Of a stretch of DNA of 64,000 nt, positions 27,332-37,388 are shown piece by piece. The position numbers and the translations under genes are program-made. The stretch covers positions 12,697 through 76,696 of the forward strand of contig JAFSEX010000006.1 of NCBI GenBank assembly GCA_017435465.1, in the 5' to 3' direction. Within the stretch, counting starts at the first letter, position 1, and every line of letters begins with the position of its first letter. The notes beneath the pieces were generated by a model. It made no database searches and was not told the DNA's origin. It was given only the letters and a program-made list of their open reading frames with translations. This DNA is from Bacilli bacterium (lineage in GTDB: Bacteria; Bacillota_I; Bacilli_A; RF39; UBA660).

Positions 27332-28051
27332 ATGGGAATATTTGATTTATTTACCACAGCTAAAGAAAAGGCCACAAAAGATATATTAGGCAAAAAACCA
27401 CAACTACTTATGCACACATCATCTATTTTCCCAGATAAAATACATTCAATAAGACCATCATTTAATAAAGATACAAATACTAGTACTGTATTTGCAACAG
27501 ACAATGAAAAAATTGCGGCATTATATACTTTACAACCATTTTATTCTTTTAAATTTGGCAAAGATGAGATAGGAGTAATTATTTTAGGAAATCATCATGA
27601 TTTACTGAAAATAGATAGTAAAATAGCTTATACATATTTTGTTGATTCATCAAGTTTTAATCCAATTGTAGGTGAAGATGGATCGTTTAATCATGAATGG
27701 ATTAGTACAAATGAAGTCCCTATAAAAAAAGATGTACCAGCAAGAAAAATAGTATTCAATGATGTTCTAAGAAGTGGAATTCAAGTATTTTGGGTTAATA
27801 ATATTACAACTCTATTAGAAATAGATAAACAACTTTTAGCAGAAAATATAGTTACAGGAAATCAAAAGTTAGAATATTTAATTAATCAAACCAATTGGAA
27901 ACCAGATAAAGTAATGTATATGAATGCTTTTAGAAAAATATGTCCAGCAATACAAACAGATAGTGGATGGATGGTTAATTATAATAATGGACAACAAGTT
28001 AGTCAACCACAAGTTGTGGAACAACAAAATACTACGGGTATGAGAAGATAA
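27332..28051 (+). CDS. Hypothetical protein (~239 aa)
   Basis: SD GAAGGTG before ATG 27332; terminator follows. Confidence 0.5.
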   Translation: MGIFDLFTTAKEKATKDILGKKPQLLMHTSSIFPDKIHSIRPSFNKDTNTSTVFATDNEKIAALYTLQPFYSFKFGKDEIGVIILGNHHDLLKIDSKIAYTYFVDSSSFNPIVGEDGSFNHEWISTNEVPIKKDVPARKIVFNDVLRSGIQVFWVNNITTLLEIDKQLLAENIVTGNQKLEYLINQTNWKPDKVMYMNAFRKICPAIQTDSGWMVNYNNGQQVSQPQVVEQQNTTGMRR

Positions 28052-28054
28052 ATT

Positions 28055-28079
28055 AAACAGTGAGTAATCACTGTTTTTA
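28055..28079 (+). terminator. Intrinsic terminator
   Basis: AAACAGTGA/TCACTGTTT stem followed by a T-run. Confidence 0.7.
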
Positions 28080-28190
28080 TTTTGCAAAAATAGTAGTGTA
28101 AACTTTACAAAAATATATTGAAAAAAGATATTAAATATAGTATTATAATGGTGAGCAGTGGTTGAATGTGGTGAAAAGTGGGGTGAAATT

Positions 28191-28628
28191 ATGTTAATGG
28201 GTGAATATCATCATAATATTGATGAAAAGGGAAGATTAATTATTCCATCTAAGTTTCGTTATGAACTTGGTGAAAAATTTATTGTAACTAGGGGTCTAGA
28301 TGGGTGTTTATTCGTATATCCAATAACAGAGTGGAACAAGGTAGTTGACAAACTTAAAACCTTACCTTTTACCAAAAAAGATGCACGTGCGTTTTTAAGA
28401 TTCTTTTTATCAGGAGCCACTGAATGTATATTCGACCGACAAGGTAGAATAAGTATTGCGTCTCCATTAATCGATTATGCAAATCTTGAAAAAGAATGTA
28501 TAATAATTGGAGTAAATGATCGCTTAGAAATTTGGTCAAAAAATAATTGGGAAAAATTCTTTAGTCAAAATGAAGAAAATCTTTCGGATATAGCTGAAGA
28601 CTTATTTGAGGTAGATATTAATATATGA
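28191..28628 (+). CDS. mraZ: Transcriptional regulator MraZ
   Basis: [23 protein letters not shown] and a second SpoVT/AbrB-like repeat DRQGRISI. Confidence 0.9.
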   Translation: MLMGEYHHNIDEKGRLIIPSKFRYELGEKFIVTRGLDGCLFVYPITEWNKVVDKLKTLPFTKKDARAFLRFFLSGATECIFDRQGRISIASPLIDYANLEKECIIIGVNDRLEIWSKNNWEKFFSQNEENLSDIAEDLFEVDINI

Positions 28629-29548
28629 AACATATAAGTGTATTATTAAATGAGTCAATTGAAGGATTAAATATCCGTGAAGATGGAATTTATGTTGATT
28701 GCACCTTAGGATATGCTGGACATAGTAGTAAAATTTTATCGCGAATAACAAGGGGTTGTCTTTTCGCCTTTGATCAAGATATTAATGCGGTTAATTATAG
28801 CAATAATCTATTAAGCAAAATTGGTAATAATTACGAAATAATAAATACTAATTTTGTAAATTTAAAGAAATCTTTACTTGAAAGAAATATACATAGTGTA
28901 GATGGAATTTTGTTTGATCTTGGAGTATCAAGTCCACAGTTGGACGAGAAAGAACGTGGATTTAGTTACCATAATGATGCACCGCTAGATATGCGTATGG
29001 ACTTATCTAGTGACTTTAGTGCAAAAGATGTAGTTAATTCATATTCAGAACAAGAATTATCTGATATATTCTTCAAATATGGTGAAGAAAAATATTCAAG
29101 ATCAGTAGCAAAAAAAATTATTGAATATAGAAAGAATAAAAAAATCGAAAATACTTTGGAACTTGTAGAAATAATTAAAAGTGCGGTTCCTGAAAAGTAT
29201 AAAAGGGAGACTCATCCTGCCAAAAAAATATTTCAAGCAATACGTATTGAAGTTAATAAAGAATTAAACGTTTTTGAAAATGCTTTAAAAGATGCGATTG
29301 ATATGTTAAATCCTGGTGGAAGAGTATGTGTTATAACATTTCATTCATTAGAAGATAGAATATGTAAAAGAATATTTAAAGAATATAGTGATATAGATCC
29401 TAAAGTAAAAGGACTACCTATAATTCCAGATGAGTATAAACCAAAATTAAAATTAATTTCAAAAAAAGCAATAGAACCCTCGCGCGAAGAATTAGTATAT
29501 AATAATAGAAGCAGAAGTGCTAAACTAAGAATTGCAGAAAAATTATAA
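28625..29548 (+). CDS. rsmH: 16S rRNA (cytosine1402-N4)-methyltransferase RsmH
   Basis: [36 protein letters not shown] motifs. Confidence 0.9.
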   Translation: MKHISVLLNESIEGLNIREDGIYVDCTLGYAGHSSKILSRITRGCLFAFDQDINAVNYSNNLLSKIGNNYEIINTNFVNLKKSLLERNIHSVDGILFDLGVSSPQLDEKERGFSYHNDAPLDMRMDLSSDFSAKDVVNSYSEQELSDIFFKYGEEKYSRSVAKKIIEYRKNKKIENTLELVEIIKSAVPEKYKRETHPAKKIFQAIRIEVNKELNVFENALKDAIDMLNPGGRVCVITFHSLEDRICKRIFKEYSDIDPKVKGLPIIPDEYKPKLKLISKKAIEPSREELVYNNRSRSAKLRIAEKL

Positions 29549-29557
29549 TAAAAAGGA

Positions 29558-29863
29558 ATGAATAAAATGGGAAGAAAAAAAGTGATAAAAAGAAAACCAT
29601 CAAAATTTGCAAAATTAATTTATACACTAGCAATTATATTGGTAGTAAGTTTCCCTGTGGTTAGTATAGCAAGTAAAGCTTTTGTTTCTAAATTAAATAT
29701 TGATGTTGAAAAATTAAAAAAAGAAGTAGAAAAACATGAAAAAACAAATCAAAGTTTAACAATGAAAATTAATGAACTTGCCTCATTAGAAAATATACAA
29801 GAGGTTGCAAAAGAATACGGATTAGAGTATAATAATGATAATATTAAAGTAGTTATGAAATAG
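29558..29863 (+). CDS. ftsL: Cell division protein FtsL
   Basis: Small bitopic protein with a coiled coil, in the conserved position after rsmH; the start may be ATG 29567. Confidence 0.7.
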   Translation: MNKMGRKKVIKRKPSKFAKLIYTLAIILVVSFPVVSIASKAFVSKLNIDVEKLKKEVEKHEKTNQSLTMKINELASLENIQEVAKEYGLEYNNDNIKVVMK

Positions 29864-29881
29864 CTGGTAGGTGAGTCATGT

Positions 29882-32008
29882 ATGAAAAAAAGAGAAACCA
29901 ATACAAATAAAGTAGTAATAAATAAGTTTGTATTTAGTGTTTGTCTTTTTTTGTTACTTGGAATTATTGTAAGGGTTTGTTATCTTGGATTATCACCTAC
30001 AATAGATGGCATTGATACTAAAAAAATGGCCCAAAATCGTAATACAAAAAAAGAAATAATAAAAGCAAACAGAGGAACAATTTTTGATTCTGCTGGTGAG
30101 ATTTTAGCACAAAATGTATCTTCATATACTGTAATAGCTTATTTAGACGGATCAAGAAGTAAGGATCAAGATACTCCTAAACATGTTATTGATATTGAAA
30201 ATACTGCAAAACAGTTATCACCATTAATAAATATGAGTGAAGAGGAATTGATTAAATTATTAAGCAAAGATTTATATCAAGTTGAACTTGGACCAGGAGG
30301 TAGAGGAATTACCGAAATCAAAAAAGAAGAAATAGAAAATCTTGGTTTACCTGGAATAGATTTTATCCAAGATTATAAAAGATATTATCCAAATGGAGAT
30401 TTTGCCTCATATTTAATTGGATATGCTAAAAAAGATGAAGATGGAAATTTTATTGGTGAAATGGGTATTGAACAACATTTTGATGAAGAACTTAGTGGGA
30501 CTAATGGATATTTAGAATATCAAAAAGATTTAATGGGATATAAAATTCCTAACACACCGGAGGTTAAAAATAATCCTGAAAATGGAAATGATATATATTT
30601 GACAATCGATTCTAGTATTCAATTATTTGTAGAACAAGCTTTAATCGATATGAAAAACGATGATGTTTTTGAATGGGCAACAGTTACGATAGCGGACGCT
30701 AATACAGGAAAAATACTTGCAACATCATCAACCCCATCATTTGATCCTAATATAAAAAATATGACTTCGTATTTAAATCCTTTAACCTCATATGTTTTTG
30801 AACCTGGTTCAACTATGAAAATATATACATATATGGCAGCACTAGAAAAAGGTACATATGATGGAAGTAAAACATTCTTGTCTGGTAAAAAGGTCATTGA
30901 ACCAGATACTGTAAATGACTGGAATGATGGTAAAGGTTGGGGTACAATCACTTATGACCAAGGTTTTGCACTATCTTCAAATACAGGTATTGCTAATATG
31001 TTAGAAACTATGATTGATAAAAATGATTTAAAAGAATATTTTACAAAAATGGGATTTGGTAAGAAAACCGGAATAGAATTACCAAAAGAATTAGCAGGTA
31101 AAATTAGTTTTAAATATCCTATTGAAATAGCAAATGCTGGATTTGGACAAGGTATTACAACCACACCAATCCAACATATTCAAGCACTTACTTCAATTGC
31201 GAATGATGGTATAATGTTACAACCATATATTATTGATAAAATAGTTAATTCTGATACAGGAGAAGTAATTGTTAAAAATTCTAAAGAAGAACTTGGTAGA
31301 GTATCTAGTAAATCTACTGTTGATTATATTAAAAATTTAATGTATAACGTTGTACATAATGATTCTAGTTCAGGTACAGGGTATTCATACAAAATAGAGG
31401 GTTATGATTTAATTGGTAAAACAGGTACCGCACAAGTATTCGATGAAAATGGTAAATATTCAGAAGATACAACTATTAGAAGTTTTGAAGGAATGTTTCC
31501 TAAAGATAATCCAGAAGTAATAGTTTATGCAGCAGTAAAAGGTAGTAAGAAAAGTGCACCTTTAGCAACTGCAGTAAAAACAATACTTCAAGATACTGCT
31601 AAACATTTAAATATTAAATCACATGAAAATATCAATTATGATAATAATTTTAAAATATTTGATATGCCAAACGTAGTTAATAAAAGTGTTGAAAATGCAT
31701 CAAGAATTGTTACTGAAGAAGGTGGATTACCAACAATACTTGGTAATGGAACTAAAGTAATTAGTCAATATCCTAAAAAGGGAACACAAGTTAGTACTTA
31801 TGATAAAATTTTCTTATTAACAGAAGGTGAAATTACTTTACCAAATATAATGGGATATTCTAAAAGAGATGTTACTACATTATGTAATATATTAAATCTT
31901 AAATGTAATATTAATGGTAATGGATATGTTACTAATTATCTAGAAGCTTTAGAAAATGATGAAAAAATTATAAATATTGAACTAATAGAAAAGTATGCAA
32001 GTGGATAA
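29882..32008 (+). CDS. pbpB: Division class-B PBP (PBP2B/FtsI-type) with two C-terminal PASTA domains
   Basis: STMK, SSN, KTGTAQ motifs; two PASTA-like repeats (MPNVVNKSV..., LPNIMGYSKRDV...); dcw cluster position. Confidence 0.85.
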   Translation: MKKRETNTNKVVINKFVFSVCLFLLLGIIVRVCYLGLSPTIDGIDTKKMAQNRNTKKEIIKANRGTIFDSAGEILAQNVSSYTVIAYLDGSRSKDQDTPKHVIDIENTAKQLSPLINMSEEELIKLLSKDLYQVELGPGGRGITEIKKEEIENLGLPGIDFIQDYKRYYPNGDFASYLIGYAKKDEDGNFIGEMGIEQHFDEELSGTNGYLEYQKDLMGYKIPNTPEVKNNPENGNDIYLTIDSSIQLFVEQALIDMKNDDVFEWATVTIADANTGKILATSSTPSFDPNIKNMTSYLNPLTSYVFEPGSTMKIYTYMAALEKGTYDGSKTFLSGKKVIEPDTVNDWNDGKGWGTITYDQGFALSSNTGIANMLETMIDKNDLKEYFTKMGFGKKTGIELPKELAGKISFKYPIEIANAGFGQGITTTPIQHIQALTSIANDGIMLQPYIIDKIVNSDTGEVIVKNSKEELGRVSSKSTVDYIKNLMYNVVHNDSSSGTGYSYKIEGYDLIGKTGTAQVFDENGKYSEDTTIRSFEGMFPKDNPEVIVYAAVKGSKKSAPLATAVKTILQDTAKHLNIKSHENINYDNNFKIFDMPNVVNKSVENASRIVTEEGGLPTILGNGTKVISQYPKKGTQVSTYDKIFLLTEGEITLPNIMGYSKRDVTTLCNILNLKCNINGNGYVTNYLEALENDEKIINIELIEKYASG

Positions 32009-32065
32009 ATAACATATTTTATATTGACTTTAATATAATTAATTATAAAAAAGTTAAAAAAATGC

Positions 32066-32094
32066 TTGCATTCTTTTTTGTTTTTTGATATTAT
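32066..32094 (+). promoter_or_regulatory. sigmaA promoter TTGCAT-17 nt-TATTAT upstream of tRNA-Ala
   Basis: -35 at 32066-32071, -10 at 32089-32094. Confidence 0.5.
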
Positions 32095-32123
32095 GTATAT
32101 GTTGTTTGAAAACGAACACATCT

Positions 32124-32200
32124 GGGGAATTAGCTCAGTTGGCTAGAGCACCACGCTTGCACCGTGGGGGTCAAGGGTTCGAGTCCCTTATTCTCCACCA
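32124..32200 (+). tRNA. tRNA-Ala (anticodon TGC), CCA encoded
   Basis: GGGGAAT/ATTCTCC acceptor with the G3:U70 identity pair; anticodon loop CTTGCAC; T-arm GGTTCGAGTCC. Confidence 0.9.
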
Positions 32201-32270
32201 ATTTTTTTTTGTAAAAAATCCCTTTATGGGTGTTTTTTAATATTATAATGAGACTGAAAGGCGGATATTT

Positions 32271-32738
32271 ATGTCAAACAAGACTATATATTTAACAGAT
32301 GAAGGATTACAAGAATTAGTTAGTGAATTAGATTATTTAAAAATGGAAAAGAGACCTGAAATTATTCAAGCATTAAAAGAAGCTAGGGCACTAGGTGATT
32401 TGAGTGAAAATGCAGAATATGATGCTGCAAGAAACGAACAAGCCGTAGTAGAAGGTAGGATTAAAGAATTAGAAATAATGGTAGAAAACGTAGAAATCAT
32501 TAGTGGAACTACTGATGGTAAAGTAACTTTAGGTTCTACTGTAACAATAAATTATGTCGATGATGATGAAGAGGAAGAATATATGATTGTTGGTAGTCAA
32601 GAATCTGACCCATTCAATAATAAAATTTCTAATGAGTCACCACTTGCTATGGCACTTATGCACCATCAATCAGGAGATACTGTTACTGTAGATAGTCCTA
32701 AGGGAAAATATGATGTTAAAATTATAGATGTTAAATAA
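32271..32738 (+). CDS. greA: Transcription elongation factor GreA
   Basis: LT.EG...L..EL..L...RPEI...L.EAR..GDLSENAEYDAA pattern. Confidence 0.9.
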   Translation: MSNKTIYLTDEGLQELVSELDYLKMEKRPEIIQALKEARALGDLSENAEYDAARNEQAVVEGRIKELEIMVENVEIISGTTDGKVTLGSTVTINYVDDDEEEEYMIVGSQESDPFNNKISNESPLAMALMHHQSGDTVTVDSPKGKYDVKIIDVK

Positions 32739-32854
32739 GTAAGAAAAAACTTGCTTATTTTTTTATATAATAGTGTCAAACGGTATCAAATTGTATTGAC
32801 TTTGCTTATTAAAAACTGTAAAATTAATTATAGAATAATAAGGAGAGGATTTTT

Positions 32855-33283
32855 ATGATGGAAGAAATGCCAAAGAAAAAAGGTTCATCAAATGAATTAA
32901 CTAAAAAAGGAAAAATTATCTTATCTATAATAGTAGGAGTTTTAGCAATAATAATATTTATTTTAATATTTGTTGCAAACAAGGGATTAGATGCTGAATT
33001 AATTATAAATGCTTATCCAACGAAGGAAAGTATTAATTCGTATACATATAATGCAGGGAACAACGCCAGCATGAATATTAAAATTAATGGTACAGTGAAT
33101 TTAAAATATTCCTACAGTGATGGTGAAGACTATGGTGTTAAATGGATTATTTCAGATGAAAATATCGCTAAAGTTGAAGATGGGAAATTAGTTAGTCAGA
33201 AAGCTGGTACAGTAACAATTTATGCTGTTTCTCCAAAAGATAAGAATGTTAAATCTAATGAAGTAATTCTAACTTTTAAATAG
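32855..33283 (+). CDS. Membrane-anchored protein with a bacterial Ig-like (Big_2) domain
   Basis: N-terminal TM segment; VKWIISDENIAKVEDGKLVSQKAGTVTIYAVS is typical Big_2. Confidence 0.65.
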   Translation: MMEEMPKKKGSSNELTKKGKIILSIIVGVLAIIIFILIFVANKGLDAELIINAYPTKESINSYTYNAGNNASMNIKINGTVNLKYSYSDGEDYGVKWIISDENIAKVEDGKLVSQKAGTVTIYAVSPKDKNVKSNEVILTFK

Positions 33284-33295
33284 GAGGCATAATAT

Positions 33296-33835
33296 ATGAA
33301 TTTATTTGAAATTTTGACTGATACTACTGATTTTTGTCAGAGCGCAGCTGGATATAAAATTTTTGGCTTTATTGGGCATATAATAAATATTATTCAAATA
33401 GCGATTCCAGTACTAATAATAGTAATGGGGACTATAGATTTGGTTAAAGCTGTAGTTGCTCAGAAACCAGATGAAATGAAAAAGGCGCAATCTATTTTGA
33501 TTAAAAGATTAATAATTGGTGTAGTAATTTTCTTTGTACCAATGATTGTTAAATTCTTAATTGGAATGGTTGATGGTAATAATGATAATGCTTGTATTGA
33601 TTGTTTAAATACACCTGGACAATGCATGGAAAAAGCTGAAACTATGAGTAAAAATAGTGGAAATACCACAGATGGTGGAAATAATAATGATAGTTCAAGC
33701 ATAGAAACTGGTGAACCACAAACTGAAGAAGAAGCTAAAGATATATGTAAAAAATGTGAAGAAAAAGGCAGTACCTGTGCAACATCGTTAAGTGGTAATA
33801 AATATTGTGATGACGGTACACCATACGAAGAATAG
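33296..33835 (+). CDS. Two-TM protein resembling TrbC/VirB2-type pilin-like proteins, with a Cys-rich acidic C-terminal tail
   Basis: TM1, then GTIDLVKAVVAQKPDEMKKAQSILIKRL, then TM2; tail has CIDC...C...CKKC...C...C. Confidence 0.35.
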   Translation: MNLFEILTDTTDFCQSAAGYKIFGFIGHIINIIQIAIPVLIIVMGTIDLVKAVVAQKPDEMKKAQSILIKRLIIGVVIFFVPMIVKFLIGMVDGNNDNACIDCLNTPGQCMEKAETMSKNSGNTTDGGNNNDSSSIETGEPQTEEEAKDICKKCEEKGSTCATSLSGNKYCDDGTPYEE

Positions 33836-33856
33836 TTGAAAGTGAGAGTGAATAGT

Positions 33857-35806
33857 ATGAAAAAATATAAAAATATTTTATTAACATTGCTTATATCGTT
33901 AGGTATTGTTTTACAAATACCTAACGTATATGCTGAAGATGAAACTGATGAAGAAACAGAAGTGGTTGATGTAAGTGAAGTTGACTTATCAAGAATAAAT
34001 ATAGATGATGAATTTAGTGTAGAACATGCAGATAATACATATGTTTATCGTGTTAGTGAAATGGATACTGATAAAATATATATTCAAAAAAGTAATAAAT
34101 TAGATATAGAACATTTTGAAGTTAACGTATATGAAGAAGGTTCTAATGAAGTACTTACTAGCAGAAAATTTGTTAAACTTGAAGATTTATGTAATGAAGG
34201 ATATGCTGAAACTGAGGATGGTGATGACATTAATTTATGTCAAGCCACAAAATATGAAATAAAAAAGAAAAGTGGTCGCGATAGTGTAATTAGTATAAGC
34301 AGACAATATACTAATACTATAAGTGATACAGTCAAAAAAGTTGAAAACGGCAAAACAACTTATGAAGGTATTAACAGAGAAGTTCATTATATTACTGAAA
34401 CAAAATTGGGAACTGATGAATTTGAGTCAAAATTATATTTATCAGACGGTTCTGATGAAGAATTTGATCTTGATGAAATTGATTGTAATGGTACTAATGA
34501 AATATGTTATACATTTGGTGGTAGTGAATCAAAAAACGATAATTTAAGTAAAAAAGGTGTATTGACTGGTGATGTTGAAACATTAGTTGATGAAAATGGA
34601 GATATTTATGTTTCACTTAGATTTTTATCTGAAGCATTAGGTGCTAGAGTAGATTGGTTGCCACAAGAAGATAAAGATTATGATAAAGTGTTAATTAGAT
34701 TTTATGAAGATGAAGAATATTGTAAAGAATTAAATGTTGAATTTGATATAGAGAATGCTAATTTTGAGAAAATGTATACAATATTTAAAAATGCTTTAAG
34801 TGGTTCAAAAGATATATCGTTTAATTTAAAATATACATATTGGGACGGATCTGATACTGAAGAAGAAAAAATAGAATGGAAAAAATTGTTTTTAGGTGGA
34901 TATGCAGCAAATAATGGTTATGTATATTGGGATTATGAACAAAAGAAAATATTATTTCAATATGATGCAAGCAAGTCAGATGAAACATTAAATGTAGATT
35001 TTCAAGAAATATGTCCTAGTGAAAATTATGATAGTAATGGTCAATTGACAACATTAGATGAGTGCATGGAAGTAATGGGAATAATTAGATATTATGGTGT
35101 TCCTATTCCGATAGAATTATTACGTGAAGAAAATGATACATGTGATTTTTATGATGATAATGATGAAGATACCTATGAAGGTGATACAAGTGATTACGAT
35201 TATGATGATGAAGATGAGGACAACGAAGATGAAGAAGATAGTGATGTAGTATACCTAATTGGAGATGTTCATGTTGCAAATATTGAAGAAATGTATTCAG
35301 ATGAAGATATTGAATATATAAATGTTTCTGAACTAAGTAAATTTGAAAAGAAATTGAATTCTTTAAGTGATAACTTAGATGAAGAAACCAATTATACATT
35401 TATATTCAATATTGGAAATACAGAAATAGAAAAAGAAAAATCATTGGAAGAACTTAATAAAGGTTCAGTTAATAATGTCAGAAAAAGTTTAAAAGCCTTA
35501 GCTGGAGATTATGCTGAGGTGTATGCTGATTTCTATGAAACTATTGAAGAAAATAATATAAATGCTGAATTATATATTATTCCAAATACGCCAATTAAAA
35601 ATGAAAAAACAGATGATAATTTTACCGAAAATTTTTGGGACTATTTAAAAAGCGAATTGCGTGATAATGATATATATAGTTATTTTAATATTATAGATAT
35701 TAAAAATATTGATTTTGAATATAGCGGCAATAATGATTTGGAATATACTGATGAGGTATATGAAGAATTGTTTGATGAAATTGATGATGAAATTGGCTTA
35801 AAATAG
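33857..35806 (+). CDS. Secreted, highly acidic protein with a copper-amine-oxidase-N-terminal-like domain
   Basis: Signal peptide MKKYKNILLTLLISLGIVLQIPNVYA; DIYVSLRFLSEALGARVDW motif; D/E-rich run DDNDEDTYEGDTSDYDYDDEDEDNEDEEDSD. Confidence 0.6.
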   Translation: MKKYKNILLTLLISLGIVLQIPNVYAEDETDEETEVVDVSEVDLSRINIDDEFSVEHADNTYVYRVSEMDTDKIYIQKSNKLDIEHFEVNVYEEGSNEVLTSRKFVKLEDLCNEGYAETEDGDDINLCQATKYEIKKKSGRDSVISISRQYTNTISDTVKKVENGKTTYEGINREVHYITETKLGTDEFESKLYLSDGSDEEFDLDEIDCNGTNEICYTFGGSESKNDNLSKKGVLTGDVETLVDENGDIYVSLRFLSEALGARVDWLPQEDKDYDKVLIRFYEDEEYCKELNVEFDIENANFEKMYTIFKNALSGSKDISFNLKYTYWDGSDTEEEKIEWKKLFLGGYAANNGYVYWDYEQKKILFQYDASKSDETLNVDFQEICPSENYDSNGQLTTLDECMEVMGIIRYYGVPIPIELLREENDTCDFYDDNDEDTYEGDTSDYDYDDEDEDNEDEEDSDVVYLIGDVHVANIEEMYSDEDIEYINVSELSKFEKKLNSLSDNLDEETNYTFIFNIGNTEIEKEKSLEELNKGSVNNVRKSLKALAGDYAEVYADFYETIEENNINAELYIIPNTPIKNEKTDDNFTENFWDYLKSELRDNDIYSYFNIIDIKNIDFEYSGNNDLEYTDEVYEELFDEIDDEIGLK

Positions 35807-35916
35807 ATAAAAGTGTAAATGATTGTAAAATATCAATAATTTTATTAATAAAATTATTGATATTTTTATATAAAAATGTTAATATTTAATTAAGAATAGG
35901 AAAGGATTGATAAAAT

Positions 35917-37308
35917 ATGAAAAATAAAAAAATTTTATGTTCATTATTAGCAATATTTACAATGTTTTTTATGGTAGGAGAAGTAAGTGCAATATCATTT
36001 AATGATGCAACAATTGCAAATAAAGCAGCTATTACTAGTGCTCTTACTAATAACAAAAAAGGCAATCTAAGTTATTATATTTCAAGTACTTATGATAATG
36101 GTGCATATTTAAGAGAAAATCCTAATTTTGGAAAATATTCAAATGAAGATGATGCGAAACATGGTTCAATAAATATTTTTGGATATGATGGTACAAGAGT
36201 ATATGAAATATCATCTATTAATAATATTAATAGTGCACAAAATATTTCCGGAATATTCCCAGTATTTTATATCGGTAATGGTGAAACGTTAGATGCTACA
36301 GCAACGTTATATAATGACTATAAATATTTGAGTGAATCAAGTGGTGTTTTAACTGGAACTAGTGATGGTATAACTGTAACTGTTACTCCAAGTTTTGTGC
36401 ATGGAAATCAATATATTATGTTAACATATACTGCAAAAAATACAAGTGGGGCAACTAAGAATGTATCAATGGCTGGTTATAGTGATTTACAACTTGATGG
36501 AGTAGATAATGTAGCTTTAACTCCTGAAACTAATATTGGAGGAAAAGGTGCCAAAGGTTTCTCAATGTCAGTTAAAACTTCAACAAATGCAAATAGAAAT
36601 TTATATGTTATAACTGATGATTTTGGTGGTATCATAAATAATGATGATGTTAATTATTGGATTGGAAATAAAAATTATACTGTTGTAAACAATGAATATT
36701 CACAAGCATTTAAAAAATCTACTGGATTTGATAGCACAGTAACAGAAAAAAATACCGCTATGGCATTTTCTTGGAATAATATCGAAATTGCTAATAATGA
36801 AACAGTTACTAGAACAGTTTTAATTGGCTTAGGTGATATTACTTACAGTCCAACTATTGATGTGAACGGTGAGAGTGAATATAATTTAGATAATGTTAAA
36901 AATGTTAATGTAAACATTAAATATAATATACCTACTGATGGTAATGCATATAAATTATATTATAAATTAAATGATGGGGATATTGTTACTGTTAATGATG
37001 TTGATTTAACAAAAGTAGTTGATGCAACTAAAGTATTGGATTTAATAAATGACGAAAATCTTAATAAATGTGGAGACAATACTTTAACTGCTTGGATTGG
37101 ACCATCAACCGATTCAAGTTTATCACGTGCTGTTGTAAAGGATGAACATAAATTTAAAGTTACTGCTGCAAGTTGTATACCTGAAAAGCAAGAGGAAAAT
37201 CCGCAATCTGGTGTTAACACTAATTACTTAATTCTTGGATTAATTCTTGTTGGTGGAATTGGCGTATACGTTTATGGTAGAAAACATAATAAGTTCCCAC
37301 AAGTATAA
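35917..37308 (+). CDS. Cell-wall-anchored surface protein with an NPQSG sorting signal
   Basis: Signal peptide ...MVGEVSA. C-terminus is NPQSG, then a hydrophobic helix, then the GRKHNK positive tail. Confidence 0.7.
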   Translation: MKNKKILCSLLAIFTMFFMVGEVSAISFNDATIANKAAITSALTNNKKGNLSYYISSTYDNGAYLRENPNFGKYSNEDDAKHGSINIFGYDGTRVYEISSINNINSAQNISGIFPVFYIGNGETLDATATLYNDYKYLSESSGVLTGTSDGITVTVTPSFVHGNQYIMLTYTAKNTSGATKNVSMAGYSDLQLDGVDNVALTPETNIGGKGAKGFSMSVKTSTNANRNLYVITDDFGGIINNDDVNYWIGNKNYTVVNNEYSQAFKKSTGFDSTVTEKNTAMAFSWNNIEIANNETVTRTVLIGLGDITYSPTIDVNGESEYNLDNVKNVNVNIKYNIPTDGNAYKLYYKLNDGDIVTVNDVDLTKVVDATKVLDLINDENLNKCGDNTLTAWIGPSTDSSLSRAVVKDEHKFKVTAASCIPEKQEENPQSGVNTNYLILGLILVGGIGVYVYGRKHNKFPQV

Positions 37309-37321
37309 TTAAATAAAAAAT

Positions 37322-37350
37322 AATCTACACAATAAAATGTGTAGATTTTT
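37322..37350 (+). terminator. Intrinsic terminator
   Basis: AATCTACACA/TGTGTAGATT stem followed by a T-run. Confidence 0.7.
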
Positions 37351-37388
37351 AATATATTTAAAAAGATAAGTTGATTTTCATCTTATCT

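Noticed and set aside
35103-35399. His/Leu-rich 98-aa minus-strand ORF
   Set aside because: It is the antisense reading of the GAT/GAA-rich acidic repeat of the 33857-35806 gene, so it is a compositional artefact. The same applies to the alternative-frame ORF at 34323-34547.
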